Assembly (NCBI RefSeq): GCF_000010625.1
Contig: NC_010296.1
Location: forward strand, 4,980,001 to 5,012,000
DNA from: Microcystis aeruginosa NIES-843
Lineage (GTDB): Bacteria > Cyanobacteriota > Cyanobacteriia > Cyanobacteriales > Microcystaceae
Reading direction: 5' to 3'
DNA length: 32,000 nucleotides
This document shows positions 23,979 to 32,000 of the stretch, one piece after another. Position numbers and translations under genes: made by a program. How positions within the stretch are numbered: the first letter of the stretch is position 1; every line of letters starts with the position of its first letter. A model generated the notes under the pieces. That model was given only the letters and a program-made list of their open reading frames with translations, made no database searches and was not told the DNA's origin.

Positions 23979-25518
23979 TACTGATAAAATCTCCCCCGGA
24001 GCCATATTTCCAACTGTCTAAATAACGATGGTAAAGATATTTTTGCTTGTCGGGTAACTTTTCTAAAACAGGTTTTAAGGTGGCTGCCAAGGGATATAAA
24101 CCACTATACAAAGCTAAATTCAAATAATGTCCCGTCCAATCGATAAAAGGACTGATACCCACTTGCGGAATCATCGGTAAAACTAATTGAGGATTAACCA
24201 AAGGCAAAGTTTTTGAGAGGGAAGAAAACTGCACCACATCCTGTAAAAATGGTTTTAATACCTCATCTCCCAACTTGTCCATTACCCGAAAAACTCCACT
24301 CATTAAGTCATTAATTTGATTGGGATTAGGGTTAGCATATATCTGGACACTCATGGTTTTTTGAAATAGCCACGTTACCGATATATTAGGTTGATATGGT
24401 TGTAAAAGGGCTAAATCTTCTCGGTTTAAAGCATCGATTTGTAAAGCTTCCTCGATGGCGAAAGTTAGCCTTTTTAAATGCCTGACCATTGCCCCAAAAC
24501 CACCAAAACTTACCGGAGATTGACTACCACTACTATCTCCCACTGCCAGAATTCTTGACCAAGGCATCTTTAAAGGACTTTGACGATAGGCAGGGAAAAA
24601 ACCCGCTAGAAAACGCTGAAATTTTACCGCTTCTAAATCCACCTTTTGATACTCCGGCAGTAATCTTAAATACTCCTCCATCAAAAATTCTAAACTAAAG
24701 CGATCGGGATGGGTATCGAGATAAGTAAATAAATAAGTTGTCCGACCATCCCTAGCGGGAAATGCTTCCCAAAAGTATTGACATTGGTGCAAGATTGGGG
24801 TAAAAGAATAAATCAAATCACCAGTTTCATTACTGGGAAACCCCTGACCGCAACTACCCACCACTAAACAAACTCCATCGGGTTTTTCTCCTTTTCTTGC
24901 CTGTTTTGCAATTGCTGAAAAATGACCCATGGCATCGATTAATAAACGGGTTTTTAAAGTCACTTCTCCCGTTTTAACCATTACTCCATCGGGATGAATA
25001 ATCGCCCCACTAAACCCCGAATTTTCTAATAACTTTCCTCCCGCTTCTAAAAACTTAGTTTTTAAAGTCTCTAGCAAATAAACCGGATCAACACCGATAT
25101 TTAAAATATCTCTGACCCAAAGCTCATAACCTTGATAAAATCCCACCCTAGCAGGATTATATTCCGTCGCTATCGCTTGATTTAATTCAGCTTCGGTCAA
25201 TAAATCTAACTCTAAAAAACTGCTTAATTCTAAACGGGAAATATTCCACTCCTGCTCACGACCGCGCAGAATACCTCTTTCTAATAATGCCACACGCCAG
25301 CCCCTAGTTTGCAAAGCAGCCCCGATGAAAATTCCCAAAGTTCCCCCCGCAATAACTAGATCAAAATCCGTCTCTCCTAAAGATTCTTGACTTTGATTAA
25401 TTACCGCAGGAATAACTGGATTTTCTAAACGCAAAGCTTGCCAAGCTCGATCGCTGGCTCGCAATTGTTGTAAATTCTGAGGAGATACTCGATCGAGTAA
25501 AGATGCAACTAAAGACAT
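23971..25518 (-). CDS. cruP: CruP/CruA-family lycopene-cyclase-like FAD-dependent oxidoreductase
   Basis: 515 aa. DLVIAGGTLGIFIG is a dinucleotide-binding fold. GREQEWNISR and KPDGVCLVVGSCGQGF match the motifs I recall for CruP homologues. Confidence 0.65.
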   Translation of the reverse strand: MSLVASLLDRVSPQNLQQLRASDRAWQALRLENPVIPAVINQSQESLGETDFDLVIAGGTLGIFIGAALQTRGWRVALLERGILRGREQEWNISRLELSSFLELDLLTEAELNQAIATEYNPARVGFYQGYELWVRDILNIGVDPVYLLETLKTKFLEAGGKLLENSGFSGAIIHPDGVMVKTGEVTLKTRLLIDAMGHFSAIAKQARKGEKPDGVCLVVGSCGQGFPSNETGDLIYSFTPILHQCQYFWEAFPARDGRTTYLFTYLDTHPDRFSLEFLMEEYLRLLPEYQKVDLEAVKFQRFLAGFFPAYRQSPLKMPWSRILAVGDSSGSQSPVSFGGFGAMVRHLKRLTFAIEEALQIDALNREDLALLQPYQPNISVTWLFQKTMSVQIYANPNPNQINDLMSGVFRVMDKLGDEVLKPFLQDVVQFSSLSKTLPLVNPQLVLPMIPQVGISPFIDWTGHYLNLALYSGLYPLAATLKPVLEKLPDKQKYLYHRYLDSWKYGSGGDFISKQ

Positions 25519-25526
25519 AATCTTAT

Positions 25527-25579
25527 ATCAGTTATCAGTTATCAGTTTTCAGTTATCAGATGTGAGTTTTCAGTTATCA
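25527..25579. repeat. heptamer array (ATCAGTT and variants), continued after the MITE at 25687-25715
   Basis: ATCAGTT ATCAGTT ATCAGTT TTCAGTT ATCAGAT GTGAGTT TTCAGTT lies immediately upstream of the cruP-like start. Confidence 0.85.
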
Positions 25580-25686
25580 TACTAAATCCGTTGAGTATAG
25601 GTTACTTATGAGGACAGGCACTCAGGCAAGAGGCACTCATGCAAAGGGGAGAATAAATAATCAGTTTTTAATAACTGGATTTAGTA
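25580..25686. mobile_element. 107-bp MITE (TACTAAATCC type)
   Basis: It has perfect 10-bp terminal inverted repeats TACTAAATCC/GGATTTAGTA. A TCA duplication lies at 25577-25579 and 25687-25689. It is inserted inside the heptamer array. Confidence 0.75.
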
Positions 25687-25799
25687 TCAGTTCACTGTTT
25701 ACTGACTGATCACTGAAAAAAGCCCCCTTCTAGCCCTTTCCTAACAGCAGAGACTGGCCACCGCACCATTAAGATCACTGCTATACCCAGAGGAGAAAA

Positions 25800-26210
25800 C
25801 TATTTAGATTGGAAAAACTTTTTCCCTTCTTCAATAAGTTTATTAATATCCTTGAGAGAAACTCCGAAAATTGCTAAAACTCCCGTAAAGACTAACAAAA
25901 AACCGATAAAACTATTCCGATCATAGAGAAATAAACCCACCAAAACGATAAAATAGGGAGAGAGAATTTTACTAATATTTTCAACTACAGTAACCACCTC
26001 TGGAGTAGGAGTCTCAACAAGATTAATATCGGTTTTATCCTGATCCGGTTCGAGATTTTGCTTAATCGAAAACATCACCTCCTGTAGGTCTTTTACCTCC
26101 GGTGGGTTCGGTTCTTTCGCTGGTTTGCCAAACATTTTTAACTCCCTCGCCAATTTATCCATATCCTCTATGGTAGCCAAAAAAAGGGCAAGCAGGAAAA
26201 GCGCGAGCAA
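25800..26210 (-). CDS. hypothetical small membrane protein (two C-terminal TM helices)
   Basis: 136 aa from TTG 26210. ATG 26162 (MDKLARELK) is an alternative start. The C-terminal hydrophobic pair is YFIVLVGLFLY / FIGFLLVFTGVLAIFGV. I recognise no family. Confidence 0.5.
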   Translation of the reverse strand: MLALFLLALFLATIEDMDKLARELKMFGKPAKEPNPPEVKDLQEVMFSIKQNLEPDQDKTDINLVETPTPEVVTVVENISKILSPYFIVLVGLFLYDRNSFIGFLLVFTGVLAIFGVSLKDINKLIEEGKKFFQSK

Positions 26211-26311
26211 GTCGAGAAATTCTCAGCGCAATTTTCCTTAACAACCCCCTCGGCCTGGGCTGCTATAATCAGAGGAACAACTCCCAAGTTCGTTAACGGT
26301 ACAAAAAAACT

Positions 26312-27913
26312 ATGAATACCAGTCCAGATCGTGTGATTATCTTCGATACCACCCTTCGAGATGGGGAACAGTCCCCGGGTGCCGCTTTAAATGTGGATGA
26401 GAAGCTAACCATAGCGCGCGCACTGGCAAGACTGGGAGTTGATGTCATTGAAGCGGGTTTTCCCCACGCTAGTCCGGGGGACTTTGATGCGGTGCAGAAA
26501 ATTGCCGCCAGCGTCGGCAGCGAAGCTGATAGCCCGATTATTTGCGGATTAGCCCGCACTACTCAAAAAGATATCAAATCAGCAGCCGATGCGCTCAGAC
26601 CCGCCGCCAAGCCCAGAATTCACACCTTCCTAGCCACATCTGATATCCACCTCCAATACAAACTTAAGAAGACTCGTCAGGAAGTTCTTGAGATTGTGCC
26701 GGAAATGGTGGCCTATGCCAAATCCTTCGTTGATGATGTGGAATTTTCCCCCGAAGATGCCGGCCGCAGCGATCCGGACTTCCTCTATCAAGTCCTCGAA
26801 AGAGCGATCGCCGCAGGAGCCACCACCGTTAACATTCCCGATACCGTCGGTTACACCACCCCCAGCGAATTTGGGGCTTTAATCCGGGGAATTAAGGAAA
26901 ATGTCCCCAATATCGACCAAGCGATTATCTCCGTCCATGGTCACGATGATTTAGGGTTAGCGGTGGCTAATTTCCTCGAAGCAGTTAAAAATGGCGCTCG
27001 ACAGTTGGAATGTACCATTAACGGTATCGGTGAGCGTGCCGGTAATGCTTCCCTAGAAGAGTTGGTGATGGCCCTTCATGTGCGGCGCTCCTATTTTAAT
27101 CCTTTCCTTGGTCGTCCAGCAGAGTCCACGGAACCTTTAACCAAGATCAACACCAAGGAAATCTATCGCACTTCTCGCCTAGTTTCTAATCTTACCGGCA
27201 TGATCGTGCAACCGAATAAGGCGATCGTCGGTGCTAACGCTTTCGCACACGAGTCGGGAATCCATCAGGACGGGGTGTTAAAACATAAACTCACCTATGA
27301 GATTATGGATGCAGAATCGATCGGTTTAACCCATAATCAGATCGTTCTCGGTAAACTCTCTGGCCGCAACGCTTTTCGCTCTCGGTTACAGGAATTGGGT
27401 TTTGAACTTTCGGAAACGGAACTTAATAACGCTTTTATCCAGTTTAAGGAAATGGCTGATCGCAAAAAGGAAATCACCGATCGCGATCTGGAAGCGATTG
27501 TTAACGATGAAATCGATACGGTTCCCGATCACTTCCGCCTTGAATTAGTACAAGTGTCCTGCGGAAATAGCGCCCGGCCCACGGCCACGGTAACGATTCG
27601 CACTCCTGACGGTAGCGAGTTATCCGATGCGGCCATTGGGACAGGTCCGGTGGATGCTCTCTGCAAAGCGATCGATCGAGTGGTGAAGATTCCTAACGAA
27701 TTAATCTCTTTCTCGGTGCGAGAAGTTACCGAGGGAATCGATGCTTTAGGAGAAGTGACCATCCGTCTCCGTTACGAAGGACGCACCTACTCCGCTCACG
27801 CGGCCGATACCGATATTATTGTCGCCTCCGCTCGCGCCTACGTCAGTGCCTTAAACCGTCTCCACGTCGCACTGCAGCAGAAGGAAAAAACCCCAGAAAT
27901 GCTACAAGTCTAG
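26312..27913 (+). CDS. leuA: 2-isopropylmalate synthase
   Basis: 533 aa. Present are [37 protein letters not shown] and the C-terminal LeuA regulatory domain. Confidence 0.95.
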
Positions 27914-27950
27914 ATAGGGTTTGCTGAACAAGTTGGTCGGTGGGGTTAGC

Positions 27951-28025
27951 AGTCAGGATTCAGGAGACAGGAGTTAGGAGTCAGTAGCCGGTCGTCAGGA
28001 GTCAGGAGTCAGGAGACAGGAGACT
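27951..28025. repeat. heptamer array (CAGGAGT/CAGGAGA variants)
   Basis: AGTCAGGATTCAGGAGACAGGAGTTAGGAGTCAG...CAGGAGTCAGGAGTCAGGAGACAGGAGAC. Confidence 0.85.
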
Positions 28026-28040
28026 ATTTTTATTTATTCT

Positions 28041-28243
28041 CCCCACACCCCACACCCCACACCCCACACCCCACACCCCACCACCCTACCACCCCACCAC
28101 CCTACCACCCCACACCCCACACCCCACACCCCACACCCCACACCCCACACCCCACACCCCACACCCCACACCCCACACCCCACACCCCACACCCCACACC
28201 CCACCACCCCACCACCCCACTTCCCCACTTCCCCACACCCCAC
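28041..28243. repeat. (CCCCACA)n heptamer array, ~29 units with CCCCACC/ACCCTAC variants
   Basis: The tandem repeat is direct and the minus strand reads (TGTGGGG)n. Track ORF 28034..28279(-) is its translation shadow. Confidence 0.95.
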
Positions 28244-28808
28244 GTCGCTGTTGGAGAAAATCTTAAATTTGTCTCGCAAATTTCTAAAATGTTGCTAAGT
28301 TAATAGTATGAGCTTGCACCCTAATTATCATGGTGCAAGTGTACTAAAACAAGATTCCCCTAAAAGCAATGAGGGATAAAATTTATCCGCAAGAATCCGA
28401 TCAAATTAAATACAATAGCTAAGGACTAAAGGAATTAGCAAGGGCCAATAGGGATGCTGTTCCCCTTGCCAATGGGAACAGTTGACCCGTTCAATAATTC
28501 CTTTGATTGTTAGCTATCTGGTCAACACCGCAGACAAACCGGTGATCGGATTTCAGTCCTCCAGCCATTTACCCAATTTTTGCAGGAGCCAGATTATGAG
28601 TTGACCGAGCTAAAACAGTATTCCGTGTCGCTAAAATCGCATCGACACAAGAGAATTTAAGCAAAGATATTCTCCCATTTGTTGTAATTAAAGCTACAAT
28701 CGGAAAAGTCTTTCCCCGTCTCGGATTTGAGACACAAATTTGTTCAGTATCACCTAGATTGAGATTCGATCTTCTAGTTTTGCACAGAAGGAGCAAGAGG
28801 AAAACGGC

Positions 28809-30059
28809 ATGATGCAGGCCCACGATGTACTAACCCTTACCGAGCCGCCATTGGATTTAGATTTGATTGACCTAGACGAAGACTTCGATGATGAGGATAT
28901 CGAGTTAGAGCTAGAAGAAGTCAGCGATAGCAACGATGGCAAAAAAACCCGCCGCCTTGCCAGCGCTCGTCGTCGCGACGCCGCTAGAAAAAAACCCTAT
29001 ACAGAAGATTCGATTCGGATTTATCTGCAAGAGATCGGCAGGATTCGGTTATTGAGAGCGGAGGAGGAGATCGAATTAGCGAGAAAAATCGCCGATCTAC
29101 TGAAATTAGAACGCATTCGCGAAGATTTTTGCCTCTATAGCGATGCTGAATGGGGAAAACAGGTTTTCTTGTTCGAGCGCATCGAAAAAATTATCGCCGA
29201 AAAATCGGAAAAAGAACCGAAATTATCGGATATTAAGGCTTATTTAGGTAAGACGGAGCTAATGGCTCCCCTGGTGGAAGAATGGCTGGCGAAATCAAAG
29301 GAATACTTATCGGCCTTTAAGCGTCGATTGTACCATGGTCGTCGCGCTAAGGAAAAAATGGTACAATCGAACCTGCGTTTAGTGGTTTCCATCGCCAAGA
29401 AATACATGAACCGCGGTCTTTCCTTCCAAGATTTAATTCAAGAAGGTTCTCTCGGTTTGATCCGCGCCGCCGAAAAATTCGACCACGAAAAGGGTTATAA
29501 ATTCTCCACCTATGCCACTTGGTGGATTCGTCAAGCCATCACCCGGGCGATCGCCGATCAATCCCGCACCATTAGACTTCCCGTCCACCTCTACGAAACC
29601 ATCTCCCGGATCAAAAAAACCACCAAGATTCTTTCTCAGGAAATGCGTCGCAAACCCACCGAGGAAGAAATCGCCACCAAGATGGAGATGACCATTGAAA
29701 AACTGCGTTTTATTGCTAAATCTGCCCAATTACCTATTTCTCTAGAGACTCCCATCGGTAAAGAAGAAGATTCCCGTTTAGGAGACTTTATCGAAGCGGA
29801 TGGGGAAACCCCAGAAGATGAAGTTTCTAAAAATTTATTACGCGAGGATTTAGAAAACGTCCTCGATACCCTTAGTCCTCGCGAACGCGATGTGCTGCGT
29901 CTGCGCTACGGTTTAGATGACGGCCGGATGAAAACACTCGAAGAAATCGGCCAGATTTTCAACGTCACTCGCGAGCGCATTCGTCAAATAGAAGCCAAGG
30001 CCCTGCGGAAACTGCGTCACCCCAACCGTAATAGTATCCTCAAAGAGTACATTCGTTAA
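28809..30059 (+). CDS. rpoD: RNA polymerase primary (group 1) sigma factor
   Basis: It has an acidic region 1.1, region 2 ([26 protein letters not shown]) and region 4.2 ([30 protein letters not shown]). Confidence 0.95.
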   Translation: MMQAHDVLTLTEPPLDLDLIDLDEDFDDEDIELELEEVSDSNDGKKTRRLASARRRDAARKKPYTEDSIRIYLQEIGRIRLLRAEEEIELARKIADLLKLERIREDFCLYSDAEWGKQVFLFERIEKIIAEKSEKEPKLSDIKAYLGKTELMAPLVEEWLAKSKEYLSAFKRRLYHGRRAKEKMVQSNLRLVVSIAKKYMNRGLSFQDLIQEGSLGLIRAAEKFDHEKGYKFSTYATWWIRQAITRAIADQSRTIRLPVHLYETISRIKKTTKILSQEMRRKPTEEEIATKMEMTIEKLRFIAKSAQLPISLETPIGKEEDSRLGDFIEADGETPEDEVSKNLLREDLENVLDTLSPRERDVLRLRYGLDDGRMKTLEEIGQIFNVTRERIRQIEAKALRKLRHPNRNSILKEYIR

Positions 30060-30084
30060 CTTCCCGTCCTTAAAAAACTAGCAA

Positions 30085-30109
30085 CTGAGTCTCCTTGAGG
30101 CTCAGTTTT
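30085..30109 (+). terminator. rho-independent terminator after rpoD
   Basis: CTGAGTCTC-CTT-GAGGCTCAG forms a 9-bp stem including one G-U pair, followed by TTTT. Confidence 0.6.
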
Positions 30110-30191
30110 ACTGTCATCTACACTTCCCCATCTGTGGGAACCTAATCCTGAAAATATCTCTGGGGTTGCCCCAATCTTGTCCAGAAAACTC

Positions 30192-30221
30192 TTGCAACAA
30201 ATAGCACAAATCTGTTATTAT
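30192..30221 (+). promoter_or_regulatory. candidate sigma-70-type promoter for rpsT
   Basis: TTGCAA (30192-30197), an 18-nt spacer, then TATTAT (30216-30221), about 50 nt upstream of the GTG start. This is pattern only. Confidence 0.3.
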
Positions 30222-30273
30222 GGTTTGTCTGTGTCCCGATTAACCATACCAGTATTGAGAACAAGAAACGACT

Positions 30274-30567
30274 GTGGCTAATACAAAGTCTGCACTCAAA
30301 CGAGTCCAAATCTCCGAAAGAAATCGTCTCCGCAACAAAGCGTACAAGTCAGCCGTAAGAACCCTGATCAAAAAATGTCTTGTCGCTGTCTCGGCCTACG
30401 GAGCCAACCCCAGCCCAGAAGGGCTAGAAAGCGCCCAACAAGCTCTATCGGAAGCTTACAGTAAAATCGATAAAGCCGTCAAGCGCAACGTCCTGCACCG
30501 GAACAACGGCGCTAGAAAAAAAGCCGGTTTAGCCAAAGCTTTGCAAAAAGTTAGCCAAGCTTCCTAA
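30274..30567 (+). CDS. rpsT: 30S ribosomal protein S20
   Basis: 97 aa with a GTG start. [29 protein letters not shown] is typical of S20. Confidence 0.95.
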   Translation: MANTKSALKRVQISERNRLRNKAYKSAVRTLIKKCLVAVSAYGANPSPEGLESAQQALSEAYSKIDKAVKRNVLHRNNGARKKAGLAKALQKVSQAS

Positions 30568-30617
30568 GAAACGAGTAAGCTGTAATCAGGACAGACGCAA
30601 CAAGCGATCGGGGGTCG

Positions 30618-31397
30618 ATGCAATTAATAGATACGCACGTTCATTTGAACTTTGACGTTTTGCAAGCCGACTTGCCCGCTATCTCCGAACGTTGGCGAAG
30701 TGTGGGAGTCGTTCATCTGGTTCACTCCTGTGTCGAACCGGAGGAGTTTGCAGCGATTAAAGCCATTGCCGATCAATTTGAGGAAATTTCCTTCGCCGTC
30801 GGTTTACATCCCCTAGATGCCCAAAAATGGCGAGATAATAGTGCCGATCAGATCGAATCCCTAGCCCGATCTGATCGGCGCGTCGTGGCGATCGGGGAAA
30901 TGGGTTTAGACTTCTATAAAGCGGATAATCAAGAGCAGCAAAAACAGGTCTTTTGGACGCAATTAGAAATCGCCCATCGTCTCGATAAACCCGTGATTAT
31001 CCATTGTCGAGATGCGGCCCCGGTCATGCGGGAGGAAATCAGCGCCTTTCGGCAACAAGTGGGCAAAATTCGCGGCGTGATGCACTGCTGGACTGGCAAC
31101 CCCGAAGAAACTCAATGGTTTTTAGATTTGGGTTTTTACATCAGCTTTAGCGGCATTGTCACCTTCAAAAACAGTAAAACTGTGCAAGCTGCCGCCCAAA
31201 TTGTCCCCAGCGATCGCCTACTGATCGAAACCGATTGCCCCTTTCTCTCCCCCAATCCCCACCGCGGTAAACCTTGTGAACCCTCCTTCGTCTTCCACGT
31301 GGCCGAAACCGTCGCCCGTCTGCGCGGCTATCCGGTCGAAACCCTAGCCGAACAAACCACCCAGAACGCCCGCAACTTATTTCAACTCCCCAGTTAA
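30618..31397 (+). CDS. tatD: TatD-family metal-dependent hydrolase/DNase
   Basis: 259 aa. Present are IDTHVHLN (HxH), [21 protein letters not shown] and [10 protein letters not shown]. Confidence 0.9.
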   Translation: MQLIDTHVHLNFDVLQADLPAISERWRSVGVVHLVHSCVEPEEFAAIKAIADQFEEISFAVGLHPLDAQKWRDNSADQIESLARSDRRVVAIGEMGLDFYKADNQEQQKQVFWTQLEIAHRLDKPVIIHCRDAAPVMREEISAFRQQVGKIRGVMHCWTGNPEETQWFLDLGFYISFSGIVTFKNSKTVQAAAQIVPSDRLLIETDCPFLSPNPHRGKPCEPSFVFHVAETVARLRGYPVETLAEQTTQNARNLFQLPS

Positions 31398-31463
31398 AAA
31401 ACATAGTTTATTAGCACAGAGCAGGGGACGGGGAAATGGGGAAATGGGGGAATTCAACTAAAA

Positions 31464-31530
31464 CCCTAAAACCCCAACACCCTAAAACCCCAACACCCTA
31501 AAACCCCAACACCCAACCCCTAAAAACCCC
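31464..31530. repeat. 16-nt tandem repeat CCCTAAAACCCCAACA x3 plus a partial unit
   Basis: Units start at 31464, 31480 and 31496. A G-run tract (GGGGACGGGGAAATGGGGAAATGGGGG, 31424-31449) precedes the array. Confidence 0.85.
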
Positions 31531-31587
31531 GATCTCCGAGAGCAATTCCCGACCGTCGCTATCGTGTCATCAGCCCTTGTAACCATA

Positions 31588-32000
31588 ATGAACAATCTTA
31601 CCTTTAACCTCTTACCCGACCTCATCGAAATCCAACACTCCAGTTTTCGGTGGTTTTTGGAAGAAGGACTAATCGAGGAACTGAATAGCTTTTCCCCCAT
31701 CAGCGACTATACAGGTAAATTAGAACTACATTTTCTCGGCCAGGACTACAGACTCAAAGAACCGAAATACAACGTCGATGAAGCCAAACGACGCGATAGC
31801 ACCTATTCCGTTCAGATGTACGTTCCCACCCGTCTAATCAACAAAGAAACGGGAGAAAACATCGAACAGGAAGTCTTTATCGGCGATTTACCCCTGATGA
31901 CCGAACGGGGAACCTTTATCATTAACGGGGCCGAACGAGTCATCGTCAATCAGATCGTCCGTTCCCCCGGTGTTTACTACAAAGCCGAAATCGACAAAAA
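31588..32000 (+). CDS. rpoB: DNA-directed RNA polymerase beta subunit, 5' part (continues past the window end)
   Basis: The gene is not in the ORF track because no stop occurs in the window. My own translation from ATG 31588 gives [32 protein letters not shown]...[26 protein letters not shown], an unmistakable RpoB N-terminus. Confidence 0.9.
   Translation, partial: MNNLTFNLLPDLIEIQHSSFRWFLEEGLIEELNSFSPISDYTGKLELHFLGQDYRLKEPKYNVDEAKRRDSTYSVQMYVPTRLINKETGENIEQEVFIGDLPLMTERGTFIINGAERVIVNQIVRSPGVYYKAEIDK

Noticed and set aside
26293-26559. Antisense or embedded track ORFs inside well-supported genes, e.g. 26293..26559(-), 27529..27762(-), 29433..29729(-), 31165..31404(-), 31482..31700(-), 16998..17303(-), 21228..21545(-), 4557..4775(-), 24489..24698(+)
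   Set aside because: Each overlaps a confidently identified gene on the opposite strand or in another frame, and none has a recognisable motif.
28034-28279. 81-aa minus-strand ORF (CGVWGVG repeats)
   Set aside because: It is a translation shadow of the (CCCCACA)n heptamer array, with no non-repetitive coding part.
31464-31511. CCCTAAAA units as telomere-like repeats (complement TTTTAGGG)
   Set aside because: This is an internal three-unit array in a bacterial intergenic spacer. The resemblance to eukaryotic telomeric repeats is coincidental.

Overview
This is a cyanobacterial chromosome segment. The evidence is psb28, a panC-cmk fusion, a cruP-like gene, a group-1 sigma factor, the rpsT-tatD-rpoB order, and at least ten copies by eye of the HIP1 octamer GCGATCGC. 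The AT-leaning composition and heavy IS/MITE/heptamer-repeat load look Microcystis-like, which is inference. Housekeeping genes include an FdhF/YdeP-type molybdopterin oxidoreductase, tRNA-Gly(UCC), a HAD hydrolase, panC/cmk, a phosphodiester glycosidase, an FKBP isomerase, psb28, leuA, rpoD/sigA, rpsT, tatD and the 5' end of rpoB, which the ORF track misses because it runs off the window. Accessory patches sit between them. (i) 1-3.4 kb holds a DUF433/DUF5615 toxin-antitoxin-like pair whose toxin carries an in-frame amber stop, plus a DUF4351/Rpn-like gene and an HTH protein. (ii) 5.9-10.2 kb holds an intact IS4 (Tn5-like) element inserted into a 46-bp G6/C6 palindromic tandem repeat. Next to it is a three-level nest: an 87-bp MITE inside an IS5-type copy inside another copy of the same IS. 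(iii) 11.8-15.1 kb holds a 559-aa membrane protein whose central ~215 residues are encoded by a 12-nt minisatellite giving an unbroken GxxxG array. This gene is bracketed by palindrome blocks. Beside it is a DUF6883/DUF4926 cassette bracketed by ~146-bp direct repeats and a decayed YciI-like gene. (iv) 20.0-21.2 kb is a graveyard of IS relics and MITEs upstream of psb28. Heptamer (STRR-like) arrays flank several genes, including a ~200-bp (CCCCACA)n tract upstream of rpoD. No canonical defence system, CRISPR array or prophage is visible. The minisatellite-encoded glycine-zipper protein is the most unusual candidate, and its function is unknown.
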